Positions 52,482-64,000 of a stretch of 64,000 nt of DNA are shown one piece after another. How positions within the stretch are numbered: the stretch's first letter is position 1; each line of letters begins with the position of its first letter. The translations under genes were made by a program, and so were the position numbers. The stretch lies in assembly GCA_951406725.2 (NCBI GenBank), contig OX597815.1, forward strand, positions 87,420,001 to 87,484,000. Direction: 5' to 3'. The notes beneath the pieces were generated by a model. The model saw nothing but the letters and a program-made list of their open reading frames with translations, did not search any database and was not told the DNA's origin. This DNA comes from Octopus vulgaris. Taxonomy: Eukaryota.

Positions 52482-54599
52482 CCTTAACTGCTAAAAATCA
52501 CAGGTTGAGATGAATCCCAACACTCCTTGTGTACCAGGCACTTAGAATGTATTGAAAGAGCTTGCTTAAACAAGGTAAAGGAGACACATATTTCTATAAT
52601 TAGCCAATACATTCAGTAGTAAATTAAAAAAACTAAGCCATGCTGTATATACATACCTGTAGTATTATTCAACTATTTCTAGTAATGTAGTAGTGTCTAG
52701 AGAACTGTAAGCTGCCATAACTGCCTGTCTCTTCAAATAGCAGAAATCTAAGGAAGCTGTCATTACCTTGACTCACTTTAAAGTCACACTTGATAAAACA
52801 TACAAGGAGGCACTAGAATCAAAAACTGAAGAATTTGAAGACTTCCATAATGAAAATAAGCATGTTGCTGCCCAGGCAGCTTTTGAAGACAATTTCTCCA
52901 ATGATGAACAGAGCAAGGAAAACACTGATCAGCATTGAGAGGTCTGGTTGAGTATTTTCAGACTGCTTCTTGGTAAAACAGCTGCATAACTCCAATCTTG
53001 ATGACAACCCTTTCTTCACCTATAAAGTACCAGACTGCTTGCTTATTGAGCCTGGCCCATTTACCATAGAAGAGCTTTAAAAAATGCCTAGACAAGACAT
53101 CAATTCCAGATAATATCCTAGCCACCATCTGGAAGAGACAACTCTTCTACATCTGTTGGACTTGAGATGAGACCAATAAAGGAAACAAAACCTTTTCAAT
53201 CTTCAATTATTCCACTTCCAAAAAGTGATCTTCACTTGCCTCTACTGAGAAATTAAACTCTCACCTTTAACTTTATAAATCTTGAATGATAATTTAGTTC
53301 CTTTTCTTTTGTTATTGTAGTGGATTCCATCCTAAGGTAATATCTTGACCCCCATCTAGCAGAAGTGATCAAGACATCAGCAGAACCATATCTCAGTGAC
53401 TCTGACTATGCTGATGTAGCTCAAAGTGTGTGATGCATAAGACATCTCTTGAGAATGCTTCAGTCAGTCGGTTTCTCAATGTTGACTGAGTATATGATTG
53501 GAAATAAGGATAAGAACCACCTGCAAAATTTCATAACAACACATGACACAATGACTTGAAGTATCTTGGGTTGGTGACAGTAAGAAAGACTTCCTGATAT
53601 GCAATGAACAAGCCTAGAGTATCTGTAACAAGCCTGGCCTTCTCCATAGCATTCTTCTCTATGGAGACAAAACCTGGGCATCAAAAGAGTTTCAAGATCA
53701 CATAGATACCAGGCTTCTGATAAGGGTTCAATACATCGCATGGGATTTGCATAAGGCCAAAAAGGAAATTTATGGACACATTCTATACTGAACAACAGGC
53801 CATATTATATATCATTTTGGAGACTTCTCCACCCTAACAGAGGACAAAGACCACTCAGTTGCTTTAATGTTATTAGCAGAGACAAACATGGAATTGAAAC
53901 CTACCAAAGCTAATGGGGGACAAAGATTTCTGGCACAGTGTTGTTAAACATCTTAGTTGCAACCACTTGAAGTTGTTATCAATTACAATATAAAAATGTT
54001 TTAATGATACAAACATTTCAAAAGCATATTAATTTAATCAACTTCTCATTATCACTTAAAAGATAAATGCAAGCTGAGATAACTTTTGTTGGGTTGTTCC
54101 ACATACTAGAAATATATTCTATGGAGTGCATAAATTTAAAAAATGAAAGAATTCCATTGCTTCTTAATAGTTTTGACTGGAGGAAGGTGCTGCAGTTATG
54201 GTATTCAAAGGTAATCTGAAACTAGCAAGATCAACATTGCAACTGATATTCCTCCTAGATGCAAGACAAAATACCAGAGGGCTGATCAGTGTGGTTTATT
54301 ATGTACCTAGAGTGGAGACAATATGAGTGCTGAAAGGAAGAATAAAATGTGGGCCTAAGAAGTGGCACATGACCAGGTAGCTCTAAGGAGCAGAGACCTC
54401 ATTTGTAGCATTAGAAAAGGTAATAATGAGGAGATAGTACATTTGTGGACCAGAATATTGGAGACCAAAATTGTACCAGTCAGTTGAATGGTCTTTCTCT
54501 AGAGTGTATGCATGTACATGATAGCACCATTCCAGATGCCATATACTATATACACTGGTCTTAGATCACCTGTGAACTCCATACTTTCCTCCAGATTAA

Positions 54600-55651
54600 C
54601 CCTTTTGCTACTATATTTCTGACCAAAATACACCCCTTATGTGTTTCAATTAATTTCTAACATAATCATAAATTTAGCCTGGTTTCATTAAACAACTGTA
54701 ACTTTTTTATTTATCAATATATTAATATGATTTTTGGAAGATAATTTAATGAAATGTTCTCAACCAATTCTATACTATAATTGTTGTCACAAAGTGACTC
54801 TAATTGCAGGTAGATACAGGTAAATTCAACAAAATATAAAATTATTAAAATTTTTGTTCAAACATCGCTATAGAAAATGGGTTATTAGCTAATATTCAAT
54901 TGGGTATACAACAAAATTTTACGATAGAATTTGTTATTCTGGGTAACTTTCTGATATCCATATTTATGGCAAAATAGGCATTAATTTCATTTAAGGTTGT
55001 GGGAAACCACAAACTATCTTTTCTTTCACTTTGTTTACATTTAGCGTAACGGTTCATTTCCGCCGTAATGATTTCAAATAGGCTCATTCGAAAAAGTAAA
55101 TCGAAATAGTCTAAGGCTTTACTCTCCTGGGAAAGACTGTAGCTTGGTCCAGTTTCTTCAGAAAAATCACCGAAAGAAACAGTTTAAATTTTCACTCCAT
55201 TCAGGTGCCAATTCATTTTCTTCATCACTGTCGGATTCACTGTTTTCACTTTTGGAAAATGAAACATCGGATTCATTATCAAATACCTCGTGCTTTTTTT
55301 TTCAATCATAGAGTTAGATTTATCAAGCTCTTCAGTAGAAGAGCCTTCGAATTCCGACTCGCTGCTTGATATAATGAAATTTGTATCCATTTTTTGTCAG
55401 AATTACAAATTTTGAAAACACAATAGGAACAAATTTTGGAAAAAAATCTCCCAAAATTCACGGAATTAAAATTATACTTTGATCATTGTACAAAACTGTA
55501 GATGAACTGTTTACGAAGTATAATCACATGTTTTCACGAATGTACTAAAGAGATTTGCTCTGATATTCTCATTTAAATATGAATAAGTAAATACGGGCGG
55601 GTTTGGTCACATTAACCAAAATTTTTTTCAGGCGGTTTGGTAACGAAAGGG
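54600..55651 (-). mobile_element. Internally deleted piggyBac transposon
   Basis: TTAA on both sides; TIRs CCCTTTTGCTAC and CCCTTTCGTTAC; minus-strand acidic N-terminus plus ALDYFDLLF..EIITAEMNRYA..WFPTTLNEINAYF (PGBD-like). Confidence 0.92.
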
Positions 55652-57507
55652 TTAAAAAGAAGTGGAATTCTTTCTGTTGTAGATCTTACCGGAGCTATAG
55701 GGGAAGAGTGTTGTTTGTTATTTGGTGAAACTTGGAATCTAGGTTGGATTTTAAACTGCAGACATTGTCCAGCAGATTTTAGGGTTATTTTATGGCTAAC
55801 ACATTAAAAAAAGCGTTGTGTAGTTGTTGTTAGTATTCAGTGAGATCAAGATAATACATTGCCAGAGGTTTTGTCCAAATGCTTACAAGATTGAAACGCA
55901 AATTAATCCATGCTTCAAGTGGTGGAATTATATGTGTAAACTTGCAACCCAGTAAAAACTAATAAAAATGGCAGCTTTTATATAGATGCTTGACCCACCA
56001 GAGGCAGAACTATATCATCAATTATAACTTAATGCCTATTTTTCATGCTGGCAAGGGTTGGACGACTTCAGGCTTCATTGTCTGTTTTGGTATAGTTTCT
56101 ACAGTTGGATACTCACCAATCACTAGAGTGTACTGGGTGTTTTTTTACATGGCACCAGCATGACAAAGACCCCTCAACTGAGAGTGACTTTGTGCCAGTT
56201 CATGAGAGATTAAAGGTATACAGAGATGGGTATCTTACTGCAGAATAGATACATGGATACTCTGGTTGGAGAAGAAAGGATGGTGAGTTAGAGAGTAAGA
56301 TAAAGTGAACAGGTGAGCCAGAGAGTAAAATAAAGAGAGAGGGTGATGAAACACAGGTGACTGTGGAAAATGGAGTGAATATAGGAGAGGTTTGGGGGAA
56401 GGGGTTACAGTAGATATAGGATGAAAGCAAATAAGTAATGTGTTAACATAGAAGAAAGGTACAGAAAGGAGCTGAATGGTGGAGACAGTAAGCAGGGAAA
56501 GATAATGGAAAACAGAAGTTAACTGAATAAGCAGGAGGATGTAGTATATACCTATTCTAATCTTGGGGATGAAATGAAGGAAGAACTGGTTGACATAGAG
56601 AGGTATTATCAAGGTGGTATTAGGATATCAATTGTTGTGGTAGACAGGTACCTCGCTCTTTTGTCATTTCCTTTGTAGGTTTCATTGTTGAGATCAGTCT
56701 TGGAGCCTAACAAGAAGTATCAAAAGCAAATATAAGTGAACTGAAACTAGGAGAAAGACAAAACTAGAAACAGAGTGATAGTAGCAGTGTAAAACCAAGT
56801 CAAATGGACATTGTAAGAAACAGATTTTCTATGTTGATATTAACTGTCAGTGTGAGGGAAGTCATATACCCCAACTCTAAAGAAATCCAATATTAATATT
56901 CAAGCTTTCTCTACAATTAACTTGCTTTATCAGATCTTGACCTTTTACATAAAGAAACAAATGCATTGCAAAATGCTTTTGATGACAAGGTTTAAATAAT
57001 GTGTGCATATGTTCATGAGCCTCCCTCATCATTTCTTTCTTACAACTTCAAAATGGATAAAAAGAATGCAAGTAAAGACTTATAATACATTGCTTCAACT
57101 ATATAATGCAAAATGAATTCCATTTGAAGCTTTAAAAAGGTAAACATGAAATACAGATGGTTGATTAGAAAGAATACTCAACAAGATCAACTGCAGTTTG
57201 TCTAGCCTTACTGCACTTGTGCCCATGCCAATGCACTTAGCTATTAACAGAATTTATCCAGCTCTTATTATTAAAACAACATTAAAATCTGTTTATAAAC
57301 TTGCAGAGCAGAAAATGTCTACTTGTAAGTCAAGAGGCCATTTCAGCATATTCCTTCATGGATCTTCAGTAGTTCTTAAATGGGACTTTGGTCACTAAAT
57401 TTCACTTACAAACTCTGCCATATGGTAAGTTATAACTTACTTTTAAGAAAAGTATGCAAAATTCTGTTGCTTTTATTTGAAGCTTTATCCTTTGTAAAAG
57501 ATGACAA

Positions 57508-57539
<32 letters not shown>

Positions 57540-58042
57540 GAAAAGCTTCTAGTATGGCAGCTGGATAAAGACATACTTCATTTCCTAATCTTATCTGTTT
57601 TAGTTAGAATCTATATGTTTCTTCCAACTGAAATGTCCTATAATTGTAGTTTTGAAATCAGTGTATTACATTTTCACTGCAAAATTTGTTTTGTGGTAAT
57701 CTTTTAAGATTTTCTGATTCAGGCAGCTTAGTTTTAAAACTGCCTCTTATGGAAACCTGAGGCAATCTCCAACATTCTTTTCCCCATACAACTTCAAAAT
57801 CACCCTACTATTTTACTTAAATGTAATATTGCAATTTGTGAACAATAGTGTCGCTTGTTAGAGATCCAGTAAACTAATCCTTGGTTTACTGTATTTACAA
57901 AAGTAAGAGTGACAAAGGAGAGTCACCAGTTTCAGAGTTTCTTAGTGCTTATATCTTTCATTAATGTACATCAGTAAGATAAACACACACACACATATAC
58001 AACTGACTTGCAGTTTCTAAGGTATTGCTTGAAGTGAAACTA

Positions 58043-58183
58043 TAAGGTTGTCCCAAAAGTTCGTAGAAAGTCTTGGAAAATAATGGTCTTTATTTTGAGG
58101 AATAATTTTTGTTGTTTTTGTTAGTACTTGGCGAGTAAAAATTCAATTTTCGCAAGTGTTTACGAACTTTTGGGACAACCTAA
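58043..58183. mobile_element. Tc1/mariner-type MITE
   Basis: TIR AGGTTGTCCCAAAAGTTCGTA at both ends, TA flanks, ~140 bp. Confidence 0.9.
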
Positions 58184-61100
58184 TATATAAGACACTTGCC
58201 CAACATACTACAAAGCAGGATCAAATGAAGAAACCCCATAGCTGTGAAGCAAACAATAACTAAACAGCCATACCTGAACCCATGTAAACAAAATGGTTAT
58301 ATTTTGATTCTTCCCTTTAAGTGAAAACACAGAATCAATACATAAGTATAGCATCAAACATTTAACAGTGCACCCACAGGAAAACAACTAACATTTCTAT
58401 TTTCTGGCTTCAATCCATATATATCCTATACTAATCTCAAATCTTTCCAGATTAATCCTGTTAGCAATGAAACAAATTAAAGCTTAGGGAACAGTATCAA
58501 AGAAATCAAAAAGTGATACACATTAACCAGAGTAAAACGTAGGCAGGCAACTGGCTTGTTAAAATAAATGGCAAATGTAAGCCTGTAGTGTCATGAGAAT
58601 TAGTCAAATGGTGCTAAAAAGCAGAAGAGTGATTGAAGTTGACAAATTCATAAGAAAGATGAAGTAGAAATTACTTAAATAGGGAACTGAAACACTAAGA
58701 GCCACAATAACTGAGAAGACAGAGAATGAAATTATTGAATAGTCATAAATTCAATCTGGTTCCAGTTTGTATGACTGATGAAGACTCTACATAATATATA
58801 TAATCTCAAATGATAGTCACAGAAGAAAACCCCAAATCTATCAAGTAACAACAACCAGGTAACTAACAAGAGTACCACTTGATATATTTCTTTGAGAAAT
58901 GAGGGGGGTTTAAAAAAGAAACCCACAAGATCCACAAAAACTTATACATAATCTGTACAAGTCTAATTTAAACCTTTTTTTTTCACATCACATTCATCTC
59001 CTATACATCAAATACATGAAGCCAATCCAAAGATAATGACTATAGCAAAATCAAATTTCTATGGCAAAATTCTGGAGGGTGTCTGACACGAATGTGAAAA
59101 AATGTAAACATATGATGATTACAACATATTTGGAAAAATAAATCAAGTATTCTTTAAACAAAGAATTTGTAAGTTCTTTTTCATTAATCATATATTGGCA
59201 CACAACTGCTTCATTATCTTGTTACTTTGATGAAACTTTAAACGTGCTCAAGGTTACATAAATAATATCAACAAGAATATAGTCAACATTCTGAGATTAA
59301 AAACAATGTCTTTTATACTATCCTCTTTAGAAAGAATCCAGTTTCCTTTCAAACGAATAACAATCAATCCAGTTGCAAGATCCTATTGGAATACATTCAA
59401 ATCCACAACTATATCAATTCAGATTAAAGTCCATAAGTTTCCTATAACCCTTCTTAAAGGAAAAAGATGCTCACAGAACTAAACGATACAAACATGAAAA
59501 TTTTCAAACAGAAAATACATCACATAATTTATCAATGCTTTTTAATTCTTTTCACATCTCATCCACAATTCTCAACTCATAGCCCATCATTGAATACACA
59601 CTTCTTTTAAGATTACACTGGATTTGCATTTGAGTGTACTATTTTAAGACTTGAAACAAGCAATACAACCTCACTATTGATGTCTATAATTAATAATGTT
59701 TGCAATGTAGCAACAAATTCAATTATGAAGATTAATATCAATTTTAGAGAACAAACAACATACTTCTGTAAAATTAATTCAAAATCATAATTTGCTAACA
59801 ACAGTTCAGCTATATGAATTAACTCTTTCAAAACCACTTCTGGTTCCATGATAACAACTCTTCTGAAAACACCTGCATTATATATAAATTTAATCACATG
59901 TAATAGTATGAAAATAAATTGTCCTGAGTAAAAGTTTCATAATGACACATAAAACCCCACTTTTTAAATTGTGTTCAAAATACATTTAACATATCAATCC
60001 TCTCCATTCCTCATTCTCCTTTGCTAACAAATTTTCAAACTGCCAACTCACCTAACCACTTCATTTCAGTTTGTGTTTTGTGGGGACCCCCTGGGCACCT
60101 CATTGCCATTATCTATCTCTTGCAGCTCCTGATCTTTTTCTTTTCCCCTCTTATCTTTTTCTTTACAATATATAAGTAACTACATAGATACCTCTACAAG
60201 AACCTGCACTATCCTCACCCCACTTCTCATAGTAATACCCTCATATCCTAGCAGGAAGCTGTCCTATCCCAATTTCCCCTAGGGCTTGCAGTCCTGTGAA
60301 CTGCACAGCAACTCCAATAGTGCGGGTGGCACATAAAAAAGCACCCAGTCCAAACTGTAAAGTTGTTAGCATTAGGAATGGCATCCAACTGTAGAAACCA
60401 TGCCAAAACAGACATTGGAAGACAAAGGCATTCCTTGGAAACATCAGATCCTGTCAAACCATCCAACCGATGCCAGCATGGAACATGGACATTAAATGCT
60501 AATACCAATAAGACAGGAACTTTGTATTGTGAGAAATAAGGCTATGAGAACGGTTAGCTATTCCTTGAACTTCTATTAGAGGCTGAAAAAGATGTAAAAT
60601 ATGCACACAAAAAATATAAAGTGCATATGTGTGTGTGTATATAAATCACATACATACACACATATGTATACATATATATATACATACACACATATACACA
60701 CATACACAGGAAAAAAAATTGAAACACCAAACCATTTTATGCTTTTATTGGCCACATATCTTTTTCAACAGATTTCTAGATCTGCAAGACTGTCCATTAA
60801 AATTACTTGCCATAACCTTTAAAAATAAAGGTCACTGGTGAGTGAGATAAATACTCACAGCAAGCAAAATTTAAATACTGGAAATCACTGCTGTGCACCC
60901 ATAAGGTGAGAGAAAGTATAGGTGATTAACGTGGAACAACAAGGGAGTTAGCAACGGGGAAAGGGGTCTGAGAGAAGTAGGGCAAGGTAAATAGCAACAG
61001 GGGTAAAAAGTTTTCAAGGAACTGGAAAGTAAAGATTTTTTTTCTTTTTAAATAATAATAATAATAATGAAAAAAGGTGGATGGGGAGTAACTTTCTTTT

Positions 61101-62280
61101 GATCCCTTATACTTGTTGAAGCCAACTTGCCCTAAAACCAACCTACAGAGGCAATCTAAATGTATTGGCATGAAAAGTAAACCACACAACTGCTGCTACA
61201 TCTTGCCAATACCAACCAGCTGAGAGTTTAGATGTGGGAAGACAAAATTGAAATAAAGCAGCAAAGCATTCTCAGAAAAATTCAAAGACTTACAGAATTC
61301 TTCAGGATAGGTTTCTAAAATAAATTAAGATGAGGAAAAGTCACTAACAAACTGCAGAGGAATTTTCATATGGATTTTAGGATGGTAAATGGCTCTTGCT
61401 AGATGCCAATAACAATCTTGACACAAACAGGTCATAGTGGTACACTGCCTATTACACTTATAAGTCAGACACCCACTCAGAGTGAACATCATTTGATTCC
61501 TTTTCATAACAATCTTGCAGTCTTATGAACAACCCTAAAAAACATCTGCTATGATAAAAGATAAAATTAATCTTATATAAAATACATATATATATATGTA
61601 GGTCATATCATTTCAATTTTCCTAAGCTTTAAAAAGATTTAAATCTAACAAGAAATCAAGATGTCTATATATCAAGCTTCTTTATGATCAGAATGAATGA
61701 GTGAAAAGGTTTGGAAACAAGCAGTGACCACATGCATGCACACAAACAAAAACATATCAGAAGCATGTCATTTACAGAAATCAGACCAGTTTCTCATTTT
61801 TCTTCATTCTTGCCAAGAAATTTTTGTTATGTATGAAATAAAAAATTTCAAGCCAACATATTACTTGGCATCTCATAAGTGATAAAAGAAAAGAAAAAAA
61901 AAAATAAACACAATGTAATAACTGAAAATAAACTATATAAATTCATTATATAATAGAAATTTAGTCCAAATCAGTACTTAATTGTATTGAAAAGAATATA
62001 TTTCATTATGGGTGCTATCTTTTCAGTGACATGTATCATTAAAGCCAAAGCTTTTGTCCGGCCACTGCTGTGTTGAAAATAAGAGCGGTTAGAAAATGAA
62101 AAATGTTCCAGACAGAGATGATATCTAAACAGATTTGGAAAGGAGGAAGAAGAAATAGGGGCTGACAGTCGTATGTTTGAGATGTGCTGTGTAGTACTTC
62201 TCACAGCAACTGCGCAAACACATGTGGCCAAGCAGCAAGTGGACGTGACACCAGCACAACACATTGCTGAAACTAAATCT

Positions 62281-62366
62281 TCAGTAATCTTCAAGATCAA
62301 AATCTTCGTCATAACCATCTTCGTGTACCTCCAAAATATTGAAGTCTACTTGGTACCGCAAAATGG
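62281..62366 (-). CDS. ETF1: eRF1 terminal coding exon (AILRYQVDFNILEVHEDGYDEDFDLEDY*)
   Basis: Pyrimidine tract + tttcag acceptor phase 1; ILRY.VDF motif and acidic tail ending in DY; TGA at 62283-62281. Confidence 0.96.
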
Positions 62367-63224
62367 CTGAAAGAGAAAAAGAAAAGACAATTGTGTATGT
62401 GGAAAACATAGTACACTGCAGGTTAGTCAAATCTTGATAAATTTCAATTTCTCATACTATTTTTGCCTTTATATATTACTTATTCTACATACATTCCAGT
62501 TCAAATGAAAAATGCAATATGCACATTTCTTCAGTACAGCTATTGTTATTTATCCCAGGGGAATATTTATTTACAATTCATTTTATAAACAGATATTTAA
62601 ACAAAATTTAAATAATTGTACATTTCATTAAATTAACTTGTAATCAGAGTAGTTTAGGCAAATACATTCTTATAACGAATAACAAAACATAGCTGCTTTA
62701 TGTAACCAGTCAAAATTCACAATTATTTTAGAAATTAAAACAGAGGAGTGGTTCAGAAATATATTCACAATGTTAACCAATTTAAAAAAATGGAATTGAA
62801 ATAGGGTTATCAAATATTATTCCCTTTTATTCTTCAATCAAATTAACCATTTTGGAACTAATTTTTTTACAACTCGTGCATAATAGTGTAAAAATTACTA
62901 CTTTGGCAATTAAAACATGTCTGGAGCTGTCTTCCATACTATAATTAGTAAGATAATATTAGTCATTGAGTTCATTTCATCTTTTCTTCCCTCCCAAGTT
63001 AAGATTTTTGATGGCCACTATTAAATATGTTAGCACGAAAAACAAATTACTTAGTCAATGATGTTCAAGATATAATTTTGGTAGCAGAACCAAAATTATA
63101 TCTTAACCAAGTCTTGTATAAAGAAACTCTCTCACAATCTTCAACTAAGACAATGTCTGTAGTTCATTGTCTTGTAGGACTATCTACTCCACTCTAGATT
63201 TTAAATTCAAGGTTCTCAACTTAC

Positions 63225-63299
63225 CTCCAATACCACCAAAACCTTTCACAAATTGTGCACCTTCCTGGGACTTGTCTGTAATTATTTCCAATGTGGCAC
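63225..63299 (-). CDS. ETF1: eRF1 exon ([24 protein letters not shown])
   Basis: aatag acceptor, G|gtaagt donor, phase 1/1; conserved [17 protein letters not shown]. Confidence 0.97.
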
Positions 63300-63729
63300 C
63301 TATTAAATCATAAAAAAGGAAAAAATAAGATCATTTCCTTTGAGGCATTGAAATGAAAATAACATAACTATGCTCCTAGCATTACATATTTTCTTTATAT
63401 AACTTATTTCCTTATACCAAAGCCAGTTTCTCAACTAAAGAGATTTTGGAATGATTGGCAAGTTGTCCTCAGCTCCAGCACTATATAAACCGAATTATAT
63501 AAAAATCTTTCCCTACACAAATATACAACTTTTCAGATTTCATAACAATATATTGAACACAAATAATGCAGTAAATAATATCATCAGATTTTATTTCTTA
63601 AAGTAGAAACAAAACATTAATAAACTTATTTCTTAAAGCATCATCCAATAATTATGCTAACAAACAAAAATATTCTGTCTGAACCAAATCATAAAATTAG
63701 ATTTTAAAAAAAAGAAATAAAACTCTTAC

Positions 63730-63802
63730 CAAAGTTTTTGTAATTATTTGCAAACCATTCAAGAAGAGGCATTTGGTCCACTAATTCCAACTCAACTCCC
63801 GT
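63730..63802 (-). CDS. ETF1: eRF1 exon ([25 protein letters not shown])
   Basis: Minus-strand ctttcag acceptor and G|gtaaga donor; diagnostic eRF1 C-domain [14 protein letters not shown]. Upstream exons lie outside the window. Confidence 0.97.
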
Positions 63803-64000
63803 CTGAAAGGTAAAGTAAAATATTTAACAAAACTCTTTCATATATAATTAACAGAGAAAAAAATATCAAAAATACCTAATAAATACAGAAGTAATACCCA
63901 GAGAAGGAAGTTATGGAAAGTTAAAGAGCTTTCAGCCAGATGTAGGTTCACAGACGTATTAGTTAATATGTATGAGGAGGAGATAGAGACTTATGACAGA

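Noticed and set aside
52800-53800. Possible coding region
   Set aside because: Frames are broken by many stops; it appears to be a very old LINE remnant that I could not assign reliably.
62160-62225. SECIS element in the eRF1 3' UTR
   Set aside because: The hairpin lacks the AUGA/GA quartet geometry, and the UGA sits at the normal eRF1 C-terminus.

Overview
AT-rich, microsatellite- and transposon-dense eukaryotic DNA. The SINE/RTE-LINE repertoire suggests a coleoid cephalopod, probably Octopus (inference). Two protein-coding genes converge. On the + strand is a complete CCDC149 orthologue: 12 well-supported coding exons plus a probable 42-nt exon, from 248 to 47497, about 606 aa, with all intron phases compatible. 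On the - strand are the last three coding exons of eRF1/ETF1 (63802 down to 62281). Introns and intergenic DNA hold RTE-type LINE fragments, tRNA-derived SINEs, a solo LTR, piggyBac, Tc1/mariner and Helitron remnants. The most interesting signal is a set of apparently unrelated elements carrying type I hammerhead-ribozyme (HHR) cores of the minimal, palindromic-helix-III kind known from Penelope-like elements and retrozymes. The best example is a 437-nt tandem unit bounded by two near-intact HHRs, with a canonical-looking intron, inserted in (TA)n (23088-23813). Another is a head-to-head tRNA-promoter + HHR element (2976-3485). A second, more speculative lead is an open, structured region just after the eRF1 UGA stop, which may indicate readthrough or NMD autoregulation. 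All calls were made by eye, with no database searches or folding software.
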